Assembly (NCBI GenBank): GCA_965662175.1
Contig: CBFIGT010000047.1
Coordinates: 1 to 16,315 of the forward strand
Reading direction: 5' to 3'
From: Arcobacter sp.
GTDB taxonomy: Bacteria; Campylobacterota; Campylobacteria; Campylobacterales; Arcobacteraceae
DNA: 16,315 bases
Below, one piece after another: positions 1-7,672 of the stretch. The position numbers and the translations under genes are program-made. Position 1 is the stretch's first letter; each line of letters opens with the position of its first letter. The notes below the pieces were generated by a model. That model searched no databases and was not told the origin of the DNA. It was given only the letters and a program-made list of their open reading frames with translations.

Positions 1-135
1 TTGGACGATTATTTAGAGTTGTAACAAATGAGTATTTGTTACTTTAGGTGACTTGACACAGAATTTATAACGGTCTCAGGCATTGATTTTTTAGAAGATA
101 AAAATGGAAATATTAAAATGCTTGAAATTGTATAA
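1..135 (+). pseudogene. Possible degraded or truncated 3' gene remnant resembling an ATP-grasp (RimK-like) C-terminal motif
   Basis: All three + frames contain a stop within the first 51 nt. 52-135 reads LDTEFITVSGIDFLEDKNGNIKMLEIV*, resembling the ATP-grasp G(V/I)D...G...LE(V/I)N segment but stopping where the Asn is expected. It ends 2 nt from the convergent nrdG stop. Confidence 0.25.
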
Positions 136-137
136 AT

Positions 138-845
138 TTAATCTCTCCAATAAATATTTAAACCTCTTCTTAAAACTCTTTTTTTATCAATAGTTTTAGA
201 ACTCTCTTTTATATTGGCAATATTTGATTTTGTAGCTAAAAAACTTTGTAAATAATAATTCTTTTTATAGTTTTTTGATTTTAAAAGATAAATCATACTA
301 TTTAAATCAAATAAGTTTATTAAGTCAGCATGTATAGTTGTTCTAACTTCAAAATCAAAATCAATTTTAATTAAATACTCTAAAGTAGCCAAAAAATCTT
401 CATATTTATAGCTTTTAGTAATTTCATAAAATTTATATTTTGGTGCTTTAAAATCAAGGGCAATATAATCAATAAGCTCTTTTTGAACTAAAGATTTAAC
501 TAAATTGCTATTTAATCCATTGGTATCAAGTTTAATTAAAAAACCTAAAGCTTTTATTTTTTTACAAAAAAACTCTAATTCATGAAGTGTCGCTTCTCCT
601 CCACTTAAAACTACTCCATCAAGTAGCCCAAGCCTTGTTTTTAAAAAACTAAGAACATCATTTAAACTATAGTTTCCCTCTTTTGCAAAAACTAAATCAT
701 CATTATAACAATACAAACATCTCATATTGCATGATTTAAACCACACAATACAAGATAATTTATTTGCATAATCTAAGCTAGTAAATTTTGTAAGACTATG
801 AACAACTTTTTTGTTCAATAAATCCAACTCTTTGTTTATGCTCAC
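138..845 (-). CDS. nrdG: Anaerobic ribonucleoside-triphosphate reductase activating enzyme (radical SAM glycyl-radical activase)
   Basis: CNMRCLYC (CxxxCxxC), SGGEA and KLDTNG motifs; directly downstream of nrdD. GTG start preceded by AGGA; exact start uncertain because it overlaps the small upstream ORF. Confidence 0.93.
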   Translation of the reverse strand: MSINKELDLLNKKVVHSLTKFTSLDYANKLSCIVWFKSCNMRCLYCYNDDLVFAKEGNYSLNDVLSFLKTRLGLLDGVVLSGGEATLHELEFFCKKIKALGFLIKLDTNGLNSNLVKSLVQKELIDYIALDFKAPKYKFYEITKSYKYEDFLATLEYLIKIDFDFEVRTTIHADLINLFDLNSMIYLLKSKNYKKNYYLQSFLATKSNIANIKESSKTIDKKRVLRRGLNIYWRD

Positions 846-960
846 CTTTTTTTCCTATATTAAAACTCTCAACGGGTCTATGATAACCCATAACTCTAGT
901 GTAAACTATACATTTTGTTCTTTTTTTCCATAAATCACTATCAAGCACTATCTTCTTCAT
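796..960 (-). CDS. 54-aa stand-alone glycyl-radical domain of class III RNR (C-terminal part of a split NrdD)
   Basis: Hand translation: MKKIVLDSDLWKKRTKCIVYTRVMGYHRPVESFNIGKKGEHKQRVGFIEQKSCS*. Contains the RVxGY glycyl-radical motif (883-897) and the downstream N-x-GK-x-x-E-x-x-x-R pattern typical of NrdD C-termini. AAGGAG Shine-Dalgarno (968-973) 7 nt before the ATG. Not in the supplied ORF track. Confidence 0.93.
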   Translation of the reverse strand: MKKIVLDSDLWKKRTKCIVYTRVMGYHRPVESFNIGKKGEHKQRVGFIEQKSCS

Positions 961-3049
961 TTTGTAACTCCTTTAATATTTCTTCATCACACTTTGGACA
1001 ATACTCATACTCACCATTTATATATCCATGTTTTGGACAAATTGAAAAAACAGGAGTAAGTGTAATATAAGGTAATCGATAGTTTGTAATAACTTTTTTT
1101 ATAAAGTTTCTACAGTTTTCTACACTAGTAATTCTCTCCCTCATATATAAATGTAATACTGTACCACCTGTATATTTGCACTGTAATTCATCTTGTAAAT
1201 CAAGAGCTTCAAAAGGGTCATCTGTAAAATCAACTGGAAGTTGGGAAGAGTTAGTATAATAAATATTTTTATCAAATCCAGCTTGAATAATATCTTCATA
1301 TCTTTTTTTATCCTCTTTAGCAAACCTATATGTTGTACCCTCAGCAGGTGTTGCTTCAAGATTATATAAATTTCCTGTCTCTTCTTGAAAGTTAACAATT
1401 TTTTTTCTCATAAAATCTAAAATATTTATACAAAATTGATTTCCAATATCTGTAGAAATATCAATTGATTTATCAAAATAGTTTTTTAACATCTCATTCA
1501 TACCATTTACACCAATAGTAGAAAAATGATTATCAAACCCTTTTAAATATCTCTTAGTATATGGGAATAATCCTCTTTCATACATATCTTTTATAAAAAC
1601 TCTTTTTTTCTCCAAAGTTGATTTTGCCAAATCCATAAGCTCTTCAAGTTTATATAAAAATCCATTTAAGTTGTTTTTATATAAATATCCAAGTCTTGCC
1701 ATATTAATTGTAACAACACCAATACTCCCCGTCATCTCAGCACTTCCAAAAAGTCCACCACCTCGTTTTAATAACTCCCTTAAATCAAGTTGCAATCTAC
1801 AACACATGGACCTTACATGACCTGGTTTATAAGCCTTATCATTTAAAACTAAATTTCCTTTTTCATCTTTTTCATATTGACTTCCTATAAAATTCTGAAA
1901 ATAAGAGCTTCCTATTTTTGCACTATTTTTAAAAAGTAAATCTGTATTCTCACCATACCAATCAAAATCCTCAGTTATATTAACAGTTGGTATTGGAAAA
2001 GTAAATGGCTGACCTGTTTTATCGCCTTCTGTCATAACTTCATAAAAAGCTCTATTTATTAAATTCATCTCTTTTTGAAAATCTTTGTAAGTCAACTCTT
2101 CAAAACTTTTATAAGACTTTTTTTTAATTTTTTCAAATAACTCTGCATCCTCAAAATCAATAAAAAGATGTTTTTGATTTCTTGTAGGAATTTGATCTTT
2201 TAAATCACTTGGAACTGTCCAATCAATAGTGATATTTGTAAAAGGACTTTGTCCCCAACGTGCTGGAACATTTAAATTATAAATAAAACTTCTAATTGCC
2301 TTTTTTATCTCTTTATATTCAAGTTTATCTTTAAAAACATAAGGTGCTAAATAAGTATCAAAACTACTAAAAGCTTGAGCCCCAGCCCACTCACTTTGTA
2401 AGATTCCCAAAAAGTTAGCCATTTGACCTAAGGCTTCTCTAAAATGATTAGGTGCCCTACTCTCAACTCTTCCTCTAACTCCATTAAATCCCTCATCTAA
2501 AAGAAGTCTTAAACTCCATCCAGCACAATAAGCACTTAAACAATCTAAATCATGTATATGAAAAAAAGCATCCCTATGGGCATAACCCTCTTCTTTTGAG
2601 TATATTTTATCAAGCCAATAGTTTGCAATAATTTTTCCAGCACTATTATTTATAAGCCCCGCATGGGAATAGCCTGTGTTTGAATTAGCATTTACTCTCC
2701 AATCATCTTTTAAGATATACTCCTCAACAGCTTGTGTAGAGTTAATATATGTTGTATCTTTATCTAAACCTAATATATGTTCCCTTTGCATTTTGTGAGT
2801 ATGCCTATAAATCATAAAAGATTTCATCACTTTAAAATAATCTAATTTATGGAGTTCATTCTCTATTAAATCTTGAATCACTTCAACACTCAAAGACTCA
2901 AGTAAATCTATTTTCATAAGAAGATTAAAAAAAACTCTTTTATCATATGCAATATTCTCACTATCAAAAGCTTTTTTAATTGCTTCTTCTATTTTAAATG
3001 ATTGAAATTCTTCTTTATTCCCATCTCTTTTTAATATATATTTTTTCAA
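941..3049 (-). CDS. nrdD: Class III anaerobic ribonucleoside-triphosphate reductase, large subunit (ATP-cone, catalytic barrel and Zn site; no glycyl loop)
   Basis: N-terminal ATP-cone (ILKRDG), HIHDL, AYC (C175), FTFPIPT, SMCCRL finger loop (C416/C417), LEATPAEG, YTGGT and C-terminal CPKH...CPKC metal site. TTG start with AAGGA upstream. Confidence 0.96.
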   Translation of the reverse strand: MKKYILKRDGNKEEFQSFKIEEAIKKAFDSENIAYDKRVFFNLLMKIDLLESLSVEVIQDLIENELHKLDYFKVMKSFMIYRHTHKMQREHILGLDKDTTYINSTQAVEEYILKDDWRVNANSNTGYSHAGLINNSAGKIIANYWLDKIYSKEEGYAHRDAFFHIHDLDCLSAYCAGWSLRLLLDEGFNGVRGRVESRAPNHFREALGQMANFLGILQSEWAGAQAFSSFDTYLAPYVFKDKLEYKEIKKAIRSFIYNLNVPARWGQSPFTNITIDWTVPSDLKDQIPTRNQKHLFIDFEDAELFEKIKKKSYKSFEELTYKDFQKEMNLINRAFYEVMTEGDKTGQPFTFPIPTVNITEDFDWYGENTDLLFKNSAKIGSSYFQNFIGSQYEKDEKGNLVLNDKAYKPGHVRSMCCRLQLDLRELLKRGGGLFGSAEMTGSIGVVTINMARLGYLYKNNLNGFLYKLEELMDLAKSTLEKKRVFIKDMYERGLFPYTKRYLKGFDNHFSTIGVNGMNEMLKNYFDKSIDISTDIGNQFCINILDFMRKKIVNFQEETGNLYNLEATPAEGTTYRFAKEDKKRYEDIIQAGFDKNIYYTNSSQLPVDFTDDPFEALDLQDELQCKYTGGTVLHLYMRERITSVENCRNFIKKVITNYRLPYITLTPVFSICPKHGYINGEYEYCPKCDEEILKELQNEEDSA

Positions 3050-3073
3050 AATTTTTCCTTTTATATAAGTGAA

Positions 3074-3096
3074 ATTCTAGGAAATAAATTCTTAAT
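3074..3096 (-). promoter_or_regulatory. Putative sigma70 promoter of the nrdD operon
   Basis: TAGAAT -10-like hexamer (3074-3079, minus strand) about 25 nt upstream of the start, with a TTAAG element further upstream as is common in Campylobacterota promoters. Confidence 0.45.
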
Positions 3097-3105
3097 TACC
3101 AATAA

Positions 3106-3135
3106 CTAAAAATGTCACTAAAGTGTCATTTTTAG
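3106..3135. promoter_or_regulatory. Putative transcription-factor operator between divergent nrdD and argF
   Basis: CTAAAAATGTCACT-AA-AGTGTCATTTTTAG: 14-bp inverted arms with one mismatch; also two direct TGTCA copies 11 bp apart. Confidence 0.6.
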
Positions 3136-3184
3136 GGCTTTTTATTGATTTTTATTTTTAACTTTTATATTTAAACAAGCTTTT

Positions 3185-3240
3185 TTTAAGTTAATAATAA
3201 AGCCATTTCATATATAATCTTTGTTTTTATAAAACAAGGA
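3185..3240 (+). promoter_or_regulatory. Putative sigma70 promoter and RBS of the argF operon
   Basis: TTTAAGT (3185-3191), TATAAT (3213-3218) and AAGGA (3236-3240) before ATG 3247. Confidence 0.55.
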
Positions 3241-3246
3241 ATTATT

Positions 3247-4173
3247 ATGAGACATTTCTTAACACTAGCAGACTTTACAAAAGATGAGATTCTAGAGATT
3301 CTAGACTTAGCTAAAAAGATTAAAGCTGAAACAAAACAAAGAGATTTTAAAAAATATTTACCAAACCAAGTATTAGGTATGATTTTTGAAAAAAGCAGCA
3401 CAAGAACTAGAGTTTCATTTGAAACAGGGATTTATCAATTAGGTGGAATTGGTATGTTTTTATCATCAAATGATATCCAACTAGGTCGAGGTGAACCTAT
3501 GAGTGATACCTCTAGAGTTATATCTAGAATGGTAGATATGGTTATGATTAGAACTTTTGCCCACTCAAAACTAGAAGAGTTCGCAAAATACTCTAAAGTT
3601 CCTGTAATAAATGGACTAACTGATGACTTTCACCCTGTTCAACTTATGGCTGATTATCTTACAATTATGGAAGAAGGTAAGGATAAAAATTTAGTAGTTG
3701 CTTATGTTGGTGATGGAAATAATCTAGCTCATTCATGGCTTATGTTAGCTTCAAAATTAGGTTTTGAGCTTAGAATTGCAACTCCAAAAGGGTATGAAGT
3801 TAAGCAAGAGATTTTAGATAAAGCCTTAGAGTTTGCAAAAACTTCAGGAGCTAAAATAGTTATTGGAAATGACCCAATTGAAGCTTTTAAAGGGGCAACA
3901 GTTGTTACAACTGATACTTGGGTATCTATGGGTCAAGAAGATGAAAAAGAGAAAAGAGTTAAAGATTTTGATGGATATATAGTTGATACAAAACTTATGT
4001 CATATGCAGCATCTGATGCTATTTTCTTACACTGTTTACCTGCATATAGAGGTTATGAAGTGAGTGTTGAAGTATTTGAGGGAGATCAATCAAAAGTATT
4101 TGAAGAGGCTGAAAATAGACTTCATGCTCAAAAAGGTGTGATGGTTTGGTTAGATGGCAAAAGAAATGATTGA
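3247..4173 (+). CDS. argF: Ornithine carbamoyltransferase
   Basis: SSTRTR carbamoyl-phosphate motif, HPVQ, GDGNN, the ornithine-binding DTWVSMG loop, HCLP and AENR. Confidence 0.97.
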   Translation: MRHFLTLADFTKDEILEILDLAKKIKAETKQRDFKKYLPNQVLGMIFEKSSTRTRVSFETGIYQLGGIGMFLSSNDIQLGRGEPMSDTSRVISRMVDMVMIRTFAHSKLEEFAKYSKVPVINGLTDDFHPVQLMADYLTIMEEGKDKNLVVAYVGDGNNLAHSWLMLASKLGFELRIATPKGYEVKQEILDKALEFAKTSGAKIVIGNDPIEAFKGATVVTTDTWVSMGQEDEKEKRVKDFDGYIVDTKLMSYAASDAIFLHCLPAYRGYEVSVEVFEGDQSKVFEEAENRLHAQKGVMVWLDGKRND

Positions 4174-5533
4174 TTTTAAAAAGTTTGAAAAATACTCAAA
4201 ACCAGGACCTAGATATACTTCATATCCAACAGCTCCTGAGTTTACAGAGGATTTTTCGCAAGATGATTTAATAAATATTTTTTCAAAACAAGATAAAAAT
4301 AGAAATTTATCTCTTTATATCCATCTTCCTTTTTGTAGAAGTGCTTGTTATTTTTGTGGTTGTAATGTAATTTTTACCTCAAAAGAGGATAAAAAAGTAA
4401 GATATTTAGACTACTTACAAAAAGAGCTAGATTTATTAAAAAAGCATTTAGATACAAATAGAACAGTTACTCAAATGCACTTTGGTGGAGGAACTCCAAC
4501 ATACTTTAGTGCAAAACAGTTGGATGAAGTTATAACTATGATAAAAAATACTTTTCCAAACTTTGCAAGTGATGCTGAGGTTTCTTGTGAAGTAGATCCA
4601 AGATATTTTACTGTTGAGCATATGGAAGTTCTTAAAAAAGGTGGTTGTAATCGTCTTAGTTTTGGTGTACAAGATTTAGATGAAGAGGTTCAAAAAACTA
4701 TTCATAGAGTTCAACCCTATGAAACCACACAAAATGTTATGAAGATTGCAAGGGATGCTGGAATTAAATCTATAAATATAGATTTGATTTATGGTTTACC
4801 CCACCAAAATAGAGAAACATTTAATGAAACATTAAAACAAGTATTAAAACTTGATGCTGATAGATTTGCAGTTTTTAATTATGCCCATGTTCCATGGCTA
4901 ATGAAAACAATGAGAAAATTTGATGAAACAACTTTTGCACCACCAAGTGAGAAGCTACTTATTTTAAAAGATACTATTGAATTTTTCACTAAAAATGGCT
5001 ATAAAATGGTAGGAATGGATCACTTTGCAAAAGAGAATGATGAACTTTTTAAAGCAATTGAAAAGGGTGAACTTCATAGAAATTTCCAAGGTTACACTAC
5101 AAAAGGTGGAGCTGATTTAATAGGTATTGGTGTTACATCAATAGGTGATGGTGTTGATTATTATGCGCAAAATTATAAAGATTTAAAACAGTATGAAGAG
5201 GCTTTAGATAAGGGTGAATTACCTACATTTAAAGGCTATATATTAAGTGCTGATGATCAATTAAGACAATATGTAATAATGGAACTTATGAGTAATTTCT
5301 CTTTAAATATAAAAAGAGTTGAAGAGAGATTTGATATTAATTTTTTTGAATATTTTAAAGATGATTTAGGTGATTTAGATGAGTTTATAAAAGCTTCTCT
5401 AATGAGTTTAGATAAAGATTTTATCAAAGTAAATCAAACAGGAGCTATGCTTATTAGAAATATATGTATGCCTTTTGATGCTTACTTAAAAAAAGTTCCT
5501 GAAAATAAGAGAAGGTTCAGTAAAACTATATAA
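4166..5533 (+). CDS. hemN: Oxygen-independent coproporphyrinogen III oxidase (radical SAM)
   Basis: [37 protein letters not shown] and LHRNFQGY motifs. The ORF is open from 4154, but ATG 4166 (MIDF..., overlapping the argF stop) is the likelier start. Confidence 0.96.
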   Translation: MIDFKKFEKYSKPGPRYTSYPTAPEFTEDFSQDDLINIFSKQDKNRNLSLYIHLPFCRSACYFCGCNVIFTSKEDKKVRYLDYLQKELDLLKKHLDTNRTVTQMHFGGGTPTYFSAKQLDEVITMIKNTFPNFASDAEVSCEVDPRYFTVEHMEVLKKGGCNRLSFGVQDLDEEVQKTIHRVQPYETTQNVMKIARDAGIKSINIDLIYGLPHQNRETFNETLKQVLKLDADRFAVFNYAHVPWLMKTMRKFDETTFAPPSEKLLILKDTIEFFTKNGYKMVGMDHFAKENDELFKAIEKGELHRNFQGYTTKGGADLIGIGVTSIGDGVDYYAQNYKDLKQYEEALDKGELPTFKGYILSADDQLRQYVIMELMSNFSLNIKRVEERFDINFFEYFKDDLGDLDEFIKASLMSLDKDFIKVNQTGAMLIRNICMPFDAYLKKVPENKRRFSKTI

Positions 5534-6831
5534 TGAGTACAATAAATAAATTTGATTACACATCTATTAGTGATGATTGTGTAAAATGTGGTAAATGTAA
5601 ACCTGTATGTACAATTTTTAATATAAACCAAGATGAAGCAACAAGTCCAAGAGGATTTATTGATTTACTTGGGGCTTATGAAAGAGATGAATTAGAGCTT
5701 GACCAAAATGCAAAAGATATTTTTGAGTCATGTTTTTTATGTACAAACTGTGTTGAGGCTTGTCCAAATGACTTGCCTACGGATATGATTATTGAGCAAG
5801 TTCGTTCTGATATTGCTAAGAAATTTGGAATTGCTTGGTATAAAAGATTATTTTTCTTTCTATTAAGACATAGAACTATTATGGATATTATGTCAAAACT
5901 TGGATGGATGTTTCAAACTTGTGCACTTAAAATCGAAGAAAAAAACTCTTCAGCACAACCTAGATTTTCACTTCCAATAGTTAAAAAAGATAGAGCTTTA
6001 CCATATGCTGATAAAACATCTTTTTTAAATAAATATCCTGAGAATATAAAAGCAAAAAATAAAATTGAAGTTAGTGATAAAAAGAACAAAGTTGCTATTT
6101 TTATAGGTTGTATGAGTAATTATACATATACAAATACAGGTGATAGTTTAGTTAAGATTCTTAAAAAACTAGAGCTTGATATTATGATTCCTAAAAAACA
6201 GTTATGTTGTGGAGCACCTGCATATTTTACAGGAGCTTTTGATACTGTTGATTATTTGGTTAAAAAAAATATTGAGTATTTTGAAACATGGATTGATGAT
6301 GTTGATGCTGTAATTATTCCAGAAGCAACATGTAGTGCTATGATAAATCAAGATTGGGAACACTTCTTACATGACCAACCTGAGTGGAAAGCAAGAGCTG
6401 TAAAACTATCAAAGAAAATTTTTATGGCTACAAAATGGCTTGAAAATTCAACTGAATTAAAAGCAATGCTTGCAAATTCAGGGAAAAAAGTTGATGATTT
6501 AGTAACATACCATGACCCATGTCACGCTAAAAAAATGCAAGGTGTATGGCAAGAGCCAAGAGAATTATTAAAACAAAACTATGTTATGACTGAAATGAGT
6601 GATTCAAATAGATGCTGTGGTTTTGGTGGTGTTACTATGCAAACTGAAAAATATGAGTTTTCAAAAGCAGCAGGTGCTCCAAAAGCTGCAATGATTAGAG
6701 ATACAAAAGCAAAAATTGTAAGTGCTGAGTGTAGTGCATGTAGAATGCAAATTACAAACTCACTATATCAAGCAAAAGTTGATGTTGTATTTAAAAACCC
6801 AATTGAACTAATAGCTGAAGCCTTAGATTAA
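5533..6831 (+). CDS. GlcF-like iron-sulfur oxidoreductase subunit (4Fe-4S dicluster plus two CCG domains)
   Basis: CVKCGKCKPVC and CFLCTNCVEACP ferredoxin motifs; LCCGA, YHDPCH, RCCGFGG and CSAC CCG-domain motifs; TAATG coupling to hemN. Confidence 0.88.
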   Translation: MSTINKFDYTSISDDCVKCGKCKPVCTIFNINQDEATSPRGFIDLLGAYERDELELDQNAKDIFESCFLCTNCVEACPNDLPTDMIIEQVRSDIAKKFGIAWYKRLFFFLLRHRTIMDIMSKLGWMFQTCALKIEEKNSSAQPRFSLPIVKKDRALPYADKTSFLNKYPENIKAKNKIEVSDKKNKVAIFIGCMSNYTYTNTGDSLVKILKKLELDIMIPKKQLCCGAPAYFTGAFDTVDYLVKKNIEYFETWIDDVDAVIIPEATCSAMINQDWEHFLHDQPEWKARAVKLSKKIFMATKWLENSTELKAMLANSGKKVDDLVTYHDPCHAKKMQGVWQEPRELLKQNYVMTEMSDSNRCCGFGGVTMQTEKYEFSKAAGAPKAAMIRDTKAKIVSAECSACRMQITNSLYQAKVDVVFKNPIELIAEALD

Positions 6832-6832
6832 T

Positions 6833-7648
6833 ATGGAGTTTTGGCAAAATATCTACTCGCAATTTGATCCAGTAGCTTTTAATCTTGGATCAGTTGCTGT
6901 ACATTGGTATGGAATCATGTATGCCTTAGCACTTCTAAGTGCCATTTATGTAGCAAAATGGTTTATAAAGTATGATAATATAAATATAAAACAAGATACT
7001 TTTGATTCATATATTTGGTGGGCTGAAATAGGTGTAATTTTAGGTGCAAGATTAGGTTATATACTATTTTATGATACAAATACCATGTACTATTTAACTC
7101 ATCCTTGGCAAATATTTAATCCATTTATTGATGGTGTTTATACAGGAATATCAGGTATGAGTTATCATGGTGCTTTTATTGGATTTTTAATAGCTTCAAT
7201 TCTATTTTGTAAAAAACATAAAGTCTCTTTTTGGTTTATAACAGATATTGCTGTACTTGGTATTAGTTTTGGATATATCTTTGGAAGATTTGGAAACTTC
7301 TTTAATCAAGAGCTAATTGGACGTGCTACTGATGTTTCTTGGGCAATTTATGTGGATGGAGTGCTAAGACACCCTTCTCAAATATATGAAGCAATACTTG
7401 AGGGATTAGTTGTATTTTTAATCTTAATTTACTTTAGAAATAAAAAAACATTTGATGGACAACTAGCTATAATTTATGGTTTAAGTTATTCTATTGCTAG
7501 AATAGTTGCTGAGTTCTTTAGAGAACCTGATATTCAAATTGGATTTTTATATGGTGATTGGCTTACAATGGGAATGTTAATCTCATTTTTAACATTAGTT
7601 CTTACAATAGTTGTTTTAATAGTTATGAAAAGAAAAAGATTAAACTAA
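6833..7648 (+). CDS. lgt: Prolipoprotein diacylglyceryl transferase
   Basis: HWYGIMY, GARLGY, GMSYHG, GRFGNFFNQELIGR, HPSQIYE and EFFREPD motifs; multiple hydrophobic helices. Confidence 0.97.
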   Translation: MEFWQNIYSQFDPVAFNLGSVAVHWYGIMYALALLSAIYVAKWFIKYDNINIKQDTFDSYIWWAEIGVILGARLGYILFYDTNTMYYLTHPWQIFNPFIDGVYTGISGMSYHGAFIGFLIASILFCKKHKVSFWFITDIAVLGISFGYIFGRFGNFFNQELIGRATDVSWAIYVDGVLRHPSQIYEAILEGLVVFLILIYFRNKKTFDGQLAIIYGLSYSIARIVAEFFREPDIQIGFLYGDWLTMGMLISFLTLVLTIVVLIVMKRKRLN

Positions 7649-7672
7649 TTATTTAGTTTTTAAATCTTTTTC
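7632..7672. terminator. Possible bidirectional hairpin spanning the abutting stop codons of lgt and the convergent regulator
   Basis: GAAAAAGATT-AAACTAA-ttat-TTAGTTT-(tta)-AATCTTTTTC: 10-bp plus 7-bp stems, a 3-nt bulge and a 4-nt loop. AT-rich, so weak. Confidence 0.3.

Noticed and set aside
28..135. ATG-started frame with in-frame TGA (MSICYFR*LDTEF...) as a possible selenoprotein or read-through ORF
   Set aside because: No clear RBS, no convincing SECIS hairpin after the TGA and no redox motif context; decay or indels explain it more simply.
941..975. Programmed ribosomal frameshift fusing NrdD to the glycyl domain
   Set aside because: Would need +1 slippage with no recognised slippery site or stimulator; a strong RBS at ideal spacing before an ATG favours independent initiation. 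Not excluded experimentally.
1141..1398. 85-aa alternative-frame ORF inside nrdD
   Set aside because: Fully nested in a conserved gene, with no motif or RBS; a shadow ORF.
3050..3246. NrdR or FNR boxes upstream of nrdD
   Set aside because: No tandem NrdR-box match; only a lone TTGAT half-site near 3145 without the ATCAA partner.
3286..3303. Tandem 9-mer GAGATTCTA x2 and nearby TCTAGA palindromes in argF
   Set aside because: Explained by the encoded EILEIL helix and codon choice; only two copies.
3186..3401. 71-aa antisense ORF over the argF start
   Set aside because: Antisense to a well-supported gene and its promoter; no features.
4448..4672. 74-aa antisense ORF in hemN
   Set aside because: Shadow ORF opposite a conserved gene.
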